This document shows positions 30,158 through 39,745 of a stretch of 64,000 bases of DNA, piece after piece. The stretch is from contig CAUJKE010000079.1 in NCBI GenBank assembly GCA_963205385.1, positions 46 to 64,045 of the forward strand. Reading direction: 5' to 3'. Under the pieces are notes generated by a model, which saw only the letters and a program-made list of their open reading frames with translations, was not told the origin of the DNA and did no database searches. Each line of letters starts with the position of its first letter. Within the stretch, counting starts at the first letter, position 1. Source of the stretch: Planctomycetota bacterium. Lineage in GTDB: Bacteria; Planctomycetota; Planctomycetia; Pirellulales; Pirellulaceae. The position numbers and the translations under genes were made by a program.

Positions 30158-31942
30158 TTAGGTGGTTGTAAGACTCTTGTCGTTTTCCAGGCGAAACAGA
30201 TGATCGAGCGACAACGGACCAGCGCCTTGCCAAATTAGCAGCACGAGCGCGAAGAAGACGAAAGCGGTAAACTGAAAATCGACATTGCCGAACAGGCCGT
30301 TTAGCCCAGGCGAGTTCCACAGGGTAAGACCGACGGCCCCGAGTAGAACCGCGGCGTTGATGCCTGCGGACAGTCGAGTAATGAAGCCCATCGCCAGGCT
30401 TGCGCCGCCGACAACATGCGCGAACACGACTCCCCAGGCCAGCAGCGTTTGCACTTGACCGAAGTCGCCGCCGAGGCGGTCTTCGAGTTCGGCCATGTTC
30501 ATGATGAAGTAAATGCCTTTGACCACCAGCGCGATGCCCAAGTACATCCGCAAGGCGTCCATCGGCCGCAGGTATGCCAGCCCGGGAACGAAGGCAGGAA
30601 CAGGCCGGCGGACTTTGCGCGTCGCTTGCCGCCTGGCTTGCGCTTGGGCGAGTTCCTCCGCGGCCGCTCGTTCCATCTCGGGGCTAAATCGCACCAGCAG
30701 CGAAAAGAAAGAGAACGTCGTTACTAACACGCCCAGGATCAAGAGGGCTTGGGGATAGCTGAGGCTTTCGTAGCGAAACAAAAAACCTGCGGCGACAGCC
30801 CCCATGTTTCCCCCGGCGCCGACGATGCCCGACACGGAGCCGAGGGCCTTCTTATTGATGAAGGGGACGACCGAATACGTCGCTCCCTCGGACATCTGAA
30901 CGAACAGACTAAACACGATCATCGCGGGAATCGCGAAGGCCAAGACCTTCATCTGCGAGAAGAACAGTAGCGCGAGGCCTTCCACAAACAAGGCGATAAA
31001 CAGCCACCGCACGCGGCCCCTGAGTCCGCCCCGTTCGACAAACTTGTCGCTGATGAAGCCGCCAGTGGTGCGGGCAAAGATGTTCATAAGCCCGAACAAA
31101 CCGGCGACCAGTCCGGCCGTCTTGAGTCCGAGGCCGAAGTAGTCCATGAAATAAATCGCGGCGATGTTGTTGATCGTCAGTTCGATTCCAAAGCAGGCCG
31201 CGTAGATGAAGAACAAGGCCCAGACGCGATAGTCTTTCGCGGCCAAGAGAAATGAGCCCTTCCCCTTGGCCACGGAGACATGTTCTCCCTTGGCGCGGAG
31301 TTCCGCGAAGTTGCCGTCGGGGAGATCCGTCGTGAAGAAATAGTAGGCGACGCCGGTAATCATGCAGACGGCGCCGGCCGCGACCATCGAGAGCCGCCAC
31401 GACAGCGCATCGTTGTAACCAAGGGCGACAAACGCGGCGAAGACCAGCGGCATCACCATTTGCGTCACGCCGCCGCCGAGGTTTCCCCAGCCTGCGGAAG
31501 TGGCATTGGCGGTGCCGACGCAGTTGGGGGCGAACATCACGGACGTGTGATATTGCGTAATCACGAACGACGCGCCAATCACACCGATCCCAAGGCGAAA
31601 CAAGAGGAACGTTTCATACGAGTTCGCCAGGCCGATCGTCATCACGGGGATCGAACCGACGATGAGCAGCACCGTGTAACTCAAACGTGGGCCAATGCGA
31701 TCGCACAGCCAGCCGATGAACAGGCGGGCCAAAATCGTGATCGCCACGGAAGCGATGATTGTGTTGCCGATCTGTTCCTTCGTGAGCGAGAGTTCCTCGC
31801 GCACGATGGCCATTAGCGGCGCGATGCCGAACCACGCGAAGAAGCACAGAAAGAACGCAAACCAGCTCATGTGGAAGGCGCGCATCTGCCGCGTACTCAG
31901 CGAGAACAGATCGATGCTCGTAGCTTTGTTGCGGATTTCCAT
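30158..31942 (-). CDS. narK: MFS nitrate transporter (NarK1/NNP type) fused to a C-terminal DoxX-like 4-TM domain
   Basis: 594 aa. The N-terminal ~430 aa are NNP-like (FHMSWFAFFLCFFAWFGIAPL, GWGNLGGGVTQ). After a charged linker (AAEELAQAQARRQATRKVRR), the last ~150 aa resemble DoxX (RMYLGIALVVKGIYF...GFITRLSAGINAAVLLG...LIWQGAGPLSLDHLF). Confidence 0.8.
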   Translation of the reverse strand: MEIRNKATSIDLFSLSTRQMRAFHMSWFAFFLCFFAWFGIAPLMAIVREELSLTKEQIGNTIIASVAITILARLFIGWLCDRIGPRLSYTVLLIVGSIPVMTIGLANSYETFLLFRLGIGVIGASFVITQYHTSVMFAPNCVGTANATSAGWGNLGGGVTQMVMPLVFAAFVALGYNDALSWRLSMVAAGAVCMITGVAYYFFTTDLPDGNFAELRAKGEHVSVAKGKGSFLLAAKDYRVWALFFIYAACFGIELTINNIAAIYFMDYFGLGLKTAGLVAGLFGLMNIFARTTGGFISDKFVERGGLRGRVRWLFIALFVEGLALLFFSQMKVLAFAIPAMIVFSLFVQMSEGATYSVVPFINKKALGSVSGIVGAGGNMGAVAAGFLFRYESLSYPQALLILGVLVTTFSFFSLLVRFSPEMERAAAEELAQAQARRQATRKVRRPVPAFVPGLAYLRPMDALRMYLGIALVVKGIYFIMNMAELEDRLGGDFGQVQTLLAWGVVFAHVVGGASLAMGFITRLSAGINAAVLLGAVGLTLWNSPGLNGLFGNVDFQFTAFVFFALVLLIWQGAGPLSLDHLFRLENDKSLTTT

Positions 31943-31957
31943 GGTGCACTTCGAGTG

Positions 31958-32647
31958 TTATTTGCGGTAGCCATACCAGCGCACCACTTGCGGTTTGCGC
32001 CACAGATACGGGTTCGGAATCACCAACACGTGCACCAGGCGCGTGAAGGGGAAGAACCCGATCGTCAGGAAGGCCAGCACGATATGCAGCTTGACCAAAT
32101 GCGGCATCGCCGCGATGTAGGTTACGTCGGGACTGAGCATGAAGATCGACCACAGGTACGGCGACAAGCTGGTGGCGAACCAGGAGGAGCCCCACGGGTA
32201 CAACAGCGCGACGCTGACGCCGCTCGCAGTCTGCACAAGCAGCATTGCGAACAGGATCCAGTCAGTCGGCGTCGTCACTTTGCGAATCTTGGTGTTGGAA
32301 AACCGCCGGACGATCAGGCCGACCAGGCCGACTAGCGTCAGCAGGCCAAAAATCAAAGCGGAGACCTCGAGCACGTATAGTCGCACGGGATGACTATTCC
32401 AAGCGAGTACCGAGCGGGGAATCAAAAACGCGATGAAGTGCCCCGCCGTGATGGCGAGAATGCCGTAATGGAACGGCACGACCGACCAGAAGTGATGCTT
32501 GTTCTCGAGCAGTTGGCTGGACAAGCTCGAATAGGAAAACGATTGCATGCGATAACGATAGATCGTCATCAAGAAGAACGTGAACAAACAGACATAGGGG
32601 AGCGCCACGAACAGGAATTGGTCGAAAAAATGTTTACTCATGGTCAT
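31958..32647 (-). CDS. narI: Respiratory nitrate reductase gamma subunit (dihaem cytochrome b)
   Basis: ORF 31958..32650 starts with GTG; the first ATG is at 32647. FDQFLFVALPYVCLFTFFLMTIYRYR...HFWSVVPFHYGIL is the NarI pattern with conserved His ligands. Confidence 0.92.
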   Translation of the reverse strand: MTMSKHFFDQFLFVALPYVCLFTFFLMTIYRYRMQSFSYSSLSSQLLENKHHFWSVVPFHYGILAITAGHFIAFLIPRSVLAWNSHPVRLYVLEVSALIFGLLTLVGLVGLIVRRFSNTKIRKVTTPTDWILFAMLLVQTASGVSVALLYPWGSSWFATSLSPYLWSIFMLSPDVTYIAAMPHLVKLHIVLAFLTIGFFPFTRLVHVLVIPNPYLWRKPQVVRWYGYRK

Positions 32648-32710
32648 CACCTGGTCGGTCTGGAGTCTGGGCTGCTGGATGGTTTGCGTCGACGGATGTG
32701 CTTCGCACTG

Positions 32711-33400
32711 CTAGGCATCAGGGGCGTGGGCGGGAAGGTCGAGTTCCAACGAGACGACTGCGGGTTCGCTGCACGAACCGCCGCAACCGCCGCCGCACCC
32801 GACCTCGGCCACGGGAAAGGCGTGTAAAGGGTCCACGCCGGTTTTGCGGGACGCGAGGACGGCCTGTTGATCGTGCGAAGTGCAGACGCCCCACTTCCGC
32901 GCCACGACCTTAACGAGCGCGGCCATCACATGCCGGTAAGGCGTCTCCTTGGCAGCCAGCCCCTCGTTCATTTTTTCGATCGCCGGCTGGACGCAGGCTG
33001 TGACGAATTTCGCCGCTTGATCGTCAGGCATCGAGGCGACGATCGCGAGCACGTGCGAGAGATGATCGGGAAGTTCGGTCGATTCAACCAGGCCGTACTT
33101 ACGCATCTCCTCGCGCATCCGCACGAGGAACAAGCCGCGGGCATACTCTTCTCCAAACAGATGCCAGCCGACTTCCAACGCGCACGTAGGGTTCACGTCG
33201 AACGTGCTGGTGAAAACTTCCTCCACTTCCCAGTCGCCGCTTTGCTCCAGGAAATTGCCGAACGTGGCGATTTCATCCGCCGCTTCCTGAATTTCGCCTT
33301 GCAGGATGATATACAACAGTTCGGCGGCTTGTGCCGTGTGCTGGTCGGGGTAGCTCAACAGTCGCGCAAAGGCATCGAAGACTTTTGGTACGTGTGACAT
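32711..33400 (-). CDS. narJ: Nitrate reductase Mo-cofactor assembly chaperone NarJ, with Cys/Gly-rich C-terminal tail
   Basis: Only the 3' 229 codons of ORF 32711..33577 are credible. ATG 33400 overlaps the narH TAA by 1 nt. MSHVPKVFDAFARLLSYPDQ... is the NarJ/TorD-like fold. The tail reads VGCGGGCGGSC. Confidence 0.85.
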   Translation of the reverse strand: MSHVPKVFDAFARLLSYPDQHTAQAAELLYIILQGEIQEAADEIATFGNFLEQSGDWEVEEVFTSTFDVNPTCALEVGWHLFGEEYARGLFLVRMREEMRKYGLVESTELPDHLSHVLAIVASMPDDQAAKFVTACVQPAIEKMNEGLAAKETPYRHVMAALVKVVARKWGVCTSHDQQAVLASRKTGVDPLHAFPVAEVGCGGGCGGSCSEPAVVSLELDLPAHAPDA

Positions 33401-34893
33401 TACAACCCCCTTCGTAGGCCGCCGACGAAGCCGAAGCCGGCTTCCTCGCGGTGTTCGTGTGGTTCTTTCATCATTTCGATGGCTTGTTCGCGGTGCATGG
33501 GAGGAATCACAAAGCGATCCTCGAACGTGCAGAGCGCGGTGAGCTTGTAGATCGCCTCGGCTTCCTCGCGCGTGCAATTGGCTTCTTGCAACATGCGGTC
33601 GGCCAACTCGCGGCTAACGTCGCCGACGGTTTCAGCTCGGCGATGCCAGCGGACAGCCTTTTGCTTGGCGAGCGCGTAGCGGACCTGCCCTTCGTGTCCC
33701 GCGCCGAACAGATTCGCGAGGAACTTCATCGGCACGCGTGCGGAGTCGATGTCGTGGAACAGGTCTTCCGTGTCGTGGTGGATCGTGTCGTCCGACTTGC
33801 TGGCTTGCACCGGCGACATGGGCGGGACGTAGAACAGCATCGGCAGCGTGCGATATTCGACGTGCGGCGGCAGCGCGATCTTCCACTCCATCACGAAGCG
33901 ATAGACCGGCGATTTCTGCGCCGAATCAATCACGCCATCCGAGATGCCGGCTTTCTTCGCGGCCGCGATGACCGCTGGGTCGTGCGGATTGAGAATCAAC
34001 GAGCGCTGCCCCTCAACGAGTTGGTCATCGGGAAGCTTGGCGACTTCTTCCAACCGATCGGCGTCGTACAACAGCACCCCCAAGTAGCGAATCCGCCCGA
34101 CGCACGAGTGGAAACAGGCCGGCGCTTGTCCCGTCTCGAGGCGTGGGTAGCAGAGAATGCACTTCTCGCTCTTGCCGGTGAACCAGTTGAAATAGGTCTT
34201 CTTGTAGGGGCACGCTGCGACGCACGAACGCCACGCGCGGCATCGCTGTTGATCGATCAGCACGATGCCGTCCTCACCCCGCTTATAGATCGCGCCGGAA
34301 GGACACGACGCGACGCAGCAGGGATTAAGGCAATGATTGCAAATCCGCGGCAGATAGAAGAACACCAACCGCTCGACGGAGCTGAGTTGCATCCGCTGTT
34401 GTTCGGTGAGCCCCTTGAGGTTGGGATCGTTTTCCGCATAAATCGGCGAGCCGCCGAGATCGTCGTCCCAATTGGGACCAGCCTGCACGTCGATCTTTTG
34501 CCCGTCGATCAGGGAGATCGGTTCGGCAGTGGGCTGATCGGCGCCTTCCTTGGCGTTGAACAAGTTTTGATAGTCGTAAGTCCAAGGCTCATAATAATCG
34601 TCCATGCTCGGCATGTGAGGATTATGGAAGATATTGGGAATGATCTTGGCCCTGCCCGTGGACTTGATGTTGAGCTTGCCGTTGCCGTTGGTTTCCCAGC
34701 CTCCCTTATACTTATCCTGATCTTCCCACTTGGTGGGATAGCCGGTGCCAGGCTTGGTCTCGACATTGTTCCACCACATGTATTCCGCCCCTTTGCGGTC
34801 GGTCCACACATTCTTGCAGGCGATGCTGCAGGTATGGCAGCCGATGCACTTGTCCAAGTGGAACACCATCGAGACTTGTGAGCGGATATTCAT
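33400..34893 (-). CDS. narH: Respiratory nitrate reductase beta subunit (Fe-S)
   Basis: 497 aa. MNIRSQVSMVFHLDKCIGCHTCSIACKNVWTDRKGAEYMWWNNVETKPG is the canonical NarH N-terminus. Further Cys clusters are present. Confidence 0.97.
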   Translation of the reverse strand: MNIRSQVSMVFHLDKCIGCHTCSIACKNVWTDRKGAEYMWWNNVETKPGTGYPTKWEDQDKYKGGWETNGNGKLNIKSTGRAKIIPNIFHNPHMPSMDDYYEPWTYDYQNLFNAKEGADQPTAEPISLIDGQKIDVQAGPNWDDDLGGSPIYAENDPNLKGLTEQQRMQLSSVERLVFFYLPRICNHCLNPCCVASCPSGAIYKRGEDGIVLIDQQRCRAWRSCVAACPYKKTYFNWFTGKSEKCILCYPRLETGQAPACFHSCVGRIRYLGVLLYDADRLEEVAKLPDDQLVEGQRSLILNPHDPAVIAAAKKAGISDGVIDSAQKSPVYRFVMEWKIALPPHVEYRTLPMLFYVPPMSPVQASKSDDTIHHDTEDLFHDIDSARVPMKFLANLFGAGHEGQVRYALAKQKAVRWHRRAETVGDVSRELADRMLQEANCTREEAEAIYKLTALCTFEDRFVIPPMHREQAIEMMKEPHEHREEAGFGFVGGLRRGL

Positions 34894-34967
34894 GAGTGGG
34901 ACTTCTGTTTAAGTGGTGGCTGAAGCGATGGTTAGCGGCGTGGCTCGCGCGTACTCGACAAATGGGT

Positions 34968-37900
34968 TTAATAAATGGGCTCGCCGGGCAACTTGCGCAC
35001 CAAGAGATGCGTGTCACGGTTGCATCCGACGGGTCCCCAGTAATTTAAGTGGTAGGTAAATTGACCGTATCCGCCGATCATGAAGTTCGGCTTGAGGCGG
35101 GTGCGGGTGAGACTGTTGTGCCCGCCTGCGCGACGCCCTTTGCGGAGCGGCGACTTAGGGTTGCCGATCGTTCGTTCGGGCGAATGGTACTGCATGCAAA
35201 TCCCCGGCGGGATGCGCGCACTGACGACGGCCCGCGTCACGACGACGCCGTTGTCATTGAAGACTTCCACCCAGTCGTTGTCCTGAATATCGAGCGATGC
35301 GGCGTCCTTGTCATTCATCCACAGCGGATACACGCCGCGCGAGAGCGTGGTCATCCGCTGGTTGTCGCCATAGGTTGAGTGGATGTGCCACTTGCCGTGC
35401 GGCGTGAGGAAATTCAGCATAATCGTTGGAGTATCCGACTCGCTGAACCGCAAGTCGGCGCATTGCGTCGGCAGCGGCTTGGGCTTATAGGTCGGCAAGT
35501 GTTCGCCGAAGTCGATATAAACCGGGTGATCAAGATAGAACGACTGGCGTCCCGTCAAGGTTCTCCAGGGAACATCGGCCTCGATGTTGTACGTAAACGG
35601 CGAGTAAGAGCGCCCGTTCTCGATCAAGCCGGACCACATCGGGCTGTTGATGAAGCGCCGCGGTTGGGCTTGGATATCCTTGAAGTTGGTGCGCACGCTG
35701 CGATTCTTTTCACCGAGATGCGCGAGCGGCACGCCGGTCTTCTCCTCCATGTTCTGGTAGGACCGATAGGCGAGCTCGCCGTTGGTCACGGTGGCGAAGT
35801 GCAAGATAATATCGCAGACGTCGATATCTTCCTTGAGCGACGGATACGTCTGGCCGTTCCACTTCTCGTTGTGGTGGGTCTGGATGTATTCGTCATACTC
35901 CGCTTCGATGCTGTAACTGGTGCCGTGTGCGCCGAGGCCATTTTGGCGCGCTACGGGACCAAAGGAGATGTACTGGTTGTAGACGTTCTTGTAATCCCGC
36001 TTGACGATGCGAAACGCCGGCATCGTCTTGCCGGGGATCGCCTCGCACTCGCCGTGGATCCATTGCTTCATGTCCGCCTGCGCGATTTCACCAGGTGAAT
36101 CGTGGGCGAGCGGCGTGGCAACGAGGTCTTCGACCGGCTCGGGAAAGTGTTTCGCAGACAGTTCGGAGAACTTCTTGGCCACTTCCTTGAAAATCGCCCA
36201 GTCGCTCTTCGATTCCCAGCAGGGCGGAACCGCCGGCGAGAGCGGGTGGATGAAGCTGTGCATGTCGGTCGAATTGAGATCCGCCTTCTCGTACCACGTG
36301 GCCGCGGGGAGGATGATGTCGGAGTAAAGCGCCGACGTATCCATGCGAAAGTTGAGATCGACCACGAGGTCCATCTTGCCCTGCGGCGCGATCTCGTGCC
36401 ACGCGACCTCCTTCACGGAGTCCTGGGCCAGGTCTTGGCCGAGGGCGTTATCGTGTGTGCCCAGATAATGCCGCAGAAAATACTCGTGTCCCTTGGCGCT
36501 GGCCATCAGCGCATTGCCGCGCCAAATGAACCAGACACGCGGCCAGTTGGCCTCAGCGTCGGGATCTTCGACCGAGAACTTCATCTCCTTGTTCTGCAGT
36601 CGTTTGGCGACCCAGGAGGCAACTTTTTCAGGCGAGTCGGCGCCAGCGGCGCGGGCTTGCTTGGCGACGTCCAGCGGGTTCTCCGGGAACTGCGGATAGA
36701 ACGGCAGCCAGCCCTGACGCACCGCCCGGACCTGCATATCCATGGTGTGCCCTTTCGCGGTCGTGTCGGGACCAGCGTTTTGCGGCACGGTGTGATAGTC
36801 GGTGAAGTCTTTTTCATAACGCCATTGATCGGAATGGACGTAATGCCAACTCGGCGCGTTTTGCAACCGCGACGGCGAGAACCAGTCCTTCGCCTGGGCG
36901 ATCGCCGCCCACGGTTCAGCCGGCGCGAGCTTTTCTTGGCCCACATAGTGCGCCAGCCCGCCGCCGTTCTTGCCGATGCAACCGCAGAACATGAGCGCGT
37001 GGATGCCTGCGCGGTACATTAAATTGGCGTGATACCAGTGGTTGACGCCGGCCCCGATCAGGATCGTGCATTTGCCTTCGGTATGTTCGGCGGTCGTGCC
37101 CCATTCCCGCGCGAAACGGATCAACACGTCGCGGCCGATGCCGGTGTATTTCTCGCTCCAGGCAGGCGTATAAGGCGCGTTGGGATCGTTGTAGTCGGCC
37201 GGATACTCACCCGGCAAACCGCGATTGACGCCATATTGCGCCATTAACAAGTCGTACGCGGTCGTGACTTGCACCTGCTTGCCATTGGCGGTGGTCAAGG
37301 TCTTGACCGGCACGCCGCGCGTGCAGACTCCGCCGGCGCCGAAGTCGTCGAGCTCGACCTGCACCACGGCATCATGGTCTTCGAGAAAACTCAGTTGCGG
37401 TTTGATCTCGCTCCCGTCCTGGCCATCCTTGAGCAGTAGATTCCATTTGCCCTTTTCCGTTCCCCACCGATCGCCGCTGCTCCCCATTGGCATCTTCGGT
37501 TTTTGGTCGGCTTCGTCCCACATCAAGAACTTCCACTCGCCATGTTCCACCTTGGCGTATTGTTGGAGTCGCCCAGCGCGGAGGAGTTGACCGGGACGCA
37601 CGCGACCGTTGGCCGCAGGTTTGATCTCGACGAGGAACGGCGCGTCGGTGAACTTCTTGGTATAGTCCATGAAGTACGGTGTCTGCTTTTGATGGTGAAA
37701 CTCGGTGAGCAACACATGGTTCACCGCCATCCACCACGCGCCGTCTTGACCGGTGTTCACGGCGACCCATTCGTCCGCGTACTTCGCCACCATGCTGAAG
37801 TCAGGCGAGAAAACCCAGAGTTTGGTGCCATTGTGCCGGCCTTCAGCGAGAAAGTGGCAGTCCGGCGTGCGCGTCATGCCGATGTTGGCGCCCATCGAGA

Positions 37901-38621
37901 CGAGCATCTTGGCGTGATACCAATCGGCGCTCTCTTGCACGTCGGTCTGCTCCCCCCACGTCTCAGGCGAAGCGGTGGGGAGATCGCAGTACCAGTCATA
38001 AAACGACAGCGAGGCGCCGCCGATCAGTTGCATCAGCCGCGCACCGGAAGCGAAGCTGATCATCGACATCGCGGGGATGGGCGAAAAGCCGGCAATGCGA
38101 TCGGGACCATGCTTCTTGATCGTTGAGACCATCGAGGCGGAGATGATCTCCAGCGCGGTGTTCCAATCGGTGCGGCGCAGTCCCCCTTTGCCGCGCGCTC
38201 GTTGCCAGCGCTGGCGCGCTGCCGGGTTTTCCACCAGGCTCGTCCAAGCGGCGACCGGATCCGCATGATTGGCCCGAGCCTCCCGCCACAAGTCGAGCAG
38301 CGCGCCGCGAATATAGGGATACTTTACGCGCAGCGGGCTATAGAGATACCAGCTAAAGGAAATCCCGCGTTGGCAACCACGCGGCTCGTACGGCGGCAAC
38401 CCCGCTTCCAACAGCGGGTAGTCCAGTCCCTGCATCTCCCACGTCACGATGCCGTCCTTGACGTGAATATTCCAAGTGCAGCCGCCGGTGCAGTTCACGC
38501 CATGCGTGCTCCGCACGACTTTGTCGTGTTGCCAGCGGTTGCGATAGAACTCTTCCCATTGTCGCCCTTGGGGAGTGATTTCGTCTCGAATCCAAGCGAT
38601 GGCGTCTTGAATAATGCTCAT
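34968..38621 (-). CDS. narG: Respiratory nitrate reductase alpha subunit (Mo-bisMGD)
   Basis: 1217 aa. It has [31 protein letters not shown] (the FS0 H/Cys cluster) and a NarG-typical length. No twin-arginine export motif, so it is a cytoplasm-facing Nar. Confidence 0.97.
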   Translation of the reverse strand: MSIIQDAIAWIRDEITPQGRQWEEFYRNRWQHDKVVRSTHGVNCTGGCTWNIHVKDGIVTWEMQGLDYPLLEAGLPPYEPRGCQRGISFSWYLYSPLRVKYPYIRGALLDLWREARANHADPVAAWTSLVENPAARQRWQRARGKGGLRRTDWNTALEIISASMVSTIKKHGPDRIAGFSPIPAMSMISFASGARLMQLIGGASLSFYDWYCDLPTASPETWGEQTDVQESADWYHAKMLVSMGANIGMTRTPDCHFLAEGRHNGTKLWVFSPDFSMVAKYADEWVAVNTGQDGAWWMAVNHVLLTEFHHQKQTPYFMDYTKKFTDAPFLVEIKPAANGRVRPGQLLRAGRLQQYAKVEHGEWKFLMWDEADQKPKMPMGSSGDRWGTEKGKWNLLLKDGQDGSEIKPQLSFLEDHDAVVQVELDDFGAGGVCTRGVPVKTLTTANGKQVQVTTAYDLLMAQYGVNRGLPGEYPADYNDPNAPYTPAWSEKYTGIGRDVLIRFAREWGTTAEHTEGKCTILIGAGVNHWYHANLMYRAGIHALMFCGCIGKNGGGLAHYVGQEKLAPAEPWAAIAQAKDWFSPSRLQNAPSWHYVHSDQWRYEKDFTDYHTVPQNAGPDTTAKGHTMDMQVRAVRQGWLPFYPQFPENPLDVAKQARAAGADSPEKVASWVAKRLQNKEMKFSVEDPDAEANWPRVWFIWRGNALMASAKGHEYFLRHYLGTHDNALGQDLAQDSVKEVAWHEIAPQGKMDLVVDLNFRMDTSALYSDIILPAATWYEKADLNSTDMHSFIHPLSPAVPPCWESKSDWAIFKEVAKKFSELSAKHFPEPVEDLVATPLAHDSPGEIAQADMKQWIHGECEAIPGKTMPAFRIVKRDYKNVYNQYISFGPVARQNGLGAHGTSYSIEAEYDEYIQTHHNEKWNGQTYPSLKEDIDVCDIILHFATVTNGELAYRSYQNMEEKTGVPLAHLGEKNRSVRTNFKDIQAQPRRFINSPMWSGLIENGRSYSPFTYNIEADVPWRTLTGRQSFYLDHPVYIDFGEHLPTYKPKPLPTQCADLRFSESDTPTIMLNFLTPHGKWHIHSTYGDNQRMTTLSRGVYPLWMNDKDAASLDIQDNDWVEVFNDNGVVVTRAVVSARIPPGICMQYHSPERTIGNPKSPLRKGRRAGGHNSLTRTRLKPNFMIGGYGQFTYHLNYWGPVGCNRDTHLLVRKLPGEPIY

Positions 38622-38717
38622 TCGATTACCTGCAGGTTGGGCGAGTGATGATGGTTGGCTGTGAGTGGTTCGCTCTCGGAGCGAAGCCGCCGTCCTCTGG
38701 TTCGTCGCTGGCTGGGG

Positions 38718-39677
38718 CTAGTGCTCCGCCGTACTTTCGGCCTGGTGGTGCGCCACATTTTCGGCATGTTCGTGCGCGATACTTTCGGCGACCAATGGCT
38801 GTCGCACGGCGCGGAAACGCCGTTTCCAGATGGCGTCGAAACCGAAGACTGCCGCCGTCGCGCCAATTAGCCCCATTAACAAGAAGGCGATTTGGTTGGA
38901 GGTGGGTTGAGCAGGGGTTTCACCGGCGGAAGCATCGAAGTAAGCGACCAGGGCATGGATCTCATCGCCGCTGATCGGATGTCGTTTGAAAATCGGTTGC
39001 ATCGTTTCGGTGGCGGGAGCGCCCAGCCATGCGCTGAGTGACTGACGCCCCTTGAGTCGCTCGTAGACGTTCGTCAGGTCTGGCCCGAGGCGACCGCCGC
39101 CGAGCGGGCCCAGATCGTGCATGCTGTGGCAGTTGATGCACGCCGCGCCGCCTGCTTCGAGCCGGCGCGTGCCGAGAAAGAGCTCGCGGCCCAGGGCGCG
39201 GTCGGCATCGGTAAACGGCTGGTTCGAGATCTTCAAGCCTTCAAACTGCGACTGCGGGAGTTTGGATTCCGCTTCAATCAAATCGAGCAGGTTCTCCGAT
39301 CGCTCGCGTGTCATGCCGGGGAGCGTCGGCATTGGCACGTTGCGCGACTCCTCAAGAATCTTGAGGGCATACGGATCGCCGCTGTCGATCACAGCCTTGG
39401 GATTCATCATGAAGTTAATCAGCCACTCGCGATCCTTGCGTTGGGTGACGTCCTTGAGGTCTGGCCCCGTTAACCGTCCGCCGCCGATGGTGTGACAGTT
39501 CATGCAGTTCTGCCGGAAGAATTCCGGCGAATCCTGCGCTTGCCCGGTCGCCGGGAGCAGCCAGAGGATCGCCACGACCGCCATCACCCCTTTGAGGGGG
39601 CAAATGCGGCTCGCCGTTGCGCCGCCAGCGCTGTGAAGGGCGTTTCCTGGCTGAGGATGCTGATTCTCGGCTGCCAT
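38718..39677 (-). CDS. narC: Membrane-anchored dihaem cytochrome c, NarC-like first gene of the nar operon
   Basis: 319 aa, AGGGAG upstream of ATG 39677. It has a signal/anchor segment (MAVVAILWLLPATGQA) and two CxxCH motifs (CMNCH, CINCH). A C-terminal TM helix (IAFLLMGLIGATAAVFGFDAIW) is followed by a His-rich tail. It lies 96 nt upstream of narG. Confidence 0.75.
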   Translation of the reverse strand: MAAENQHPQPGNALHSAGGATASRICPLKGVMAVVAILWLLPATGQAQDSPEFFRQNCMNCHTIGGGRLTGPDLKDVTQRKDREWLINFMMNPKAVIDSGDPYALKILEESRNVPMPTLPGMTRERSENLLDLIEAESKLPQSQFEGLKISNQPFTDADRALGRELFLGTRRLEAGGAACINCHSMHDLGPLGGGRLGPDLTNVYERLKGRQSLSAWLGAPATETMQPIFKRHPISGDEIHALVAYFDASAGETPAQPTSNQIAFLLMGLIGATAAVFGFDAIWKRRFRAVRQPLVAESIAHEHAENVAHHQAESTAEH

Positions 39678-39731
39678 GTCGAACTCCCTGCGGCTTAATC
39701 CGCCTCACAAGACCGCGAAAAACAAGGGAAT

Positions 39732-39745
39732 GTGAAATATTTCAC
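39732..39745. promoter_or_regulatory. Perfect 14-bp palindrome, CRP/FNR-family-like box (TGTGA-N6-TCAC)
   Basis: GTGAAATATTTCAC is self-complementary, flanked as tGTGAAATATTTCACg. Its centre is about 61 nt upstream of the narC ATG and about 120 nt upstream of the divergent rrf2 ATG. Confidence 0.5.

Noticed and set aside
33451-34881. 476-aa ORF on the plus strand, almost exactly antisense to narH. Similar long antisense ORFs occur at 55951..57492 (513 aa, opposite pccA), 24921..26207 (opposite actB), 45147..46304 (opposite the SDR), 5993..6910 and 6805..7560 (opposite lutB/lutA), 19647..20537 (opposite the AKR), 52755..53624 and 43372..44046.
   Set aside because: These are typical shadow ORFs of GC-rich DNA. 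Their products are Arg/Ala/Gly/His-rich with no motifs, while the opposite strand encodes unmistakable conserved enzymes across the same span.
34968-38621. Possibility that NarG is a periplasmic (pNar) enzyme with a Tat signal.
   Set aside because: The N-terminus [22 protein letters not shown] has no twin-arginine motif or hydrophobic h-region. NarK transporters are present, consistent with a cytoplasmic active site.
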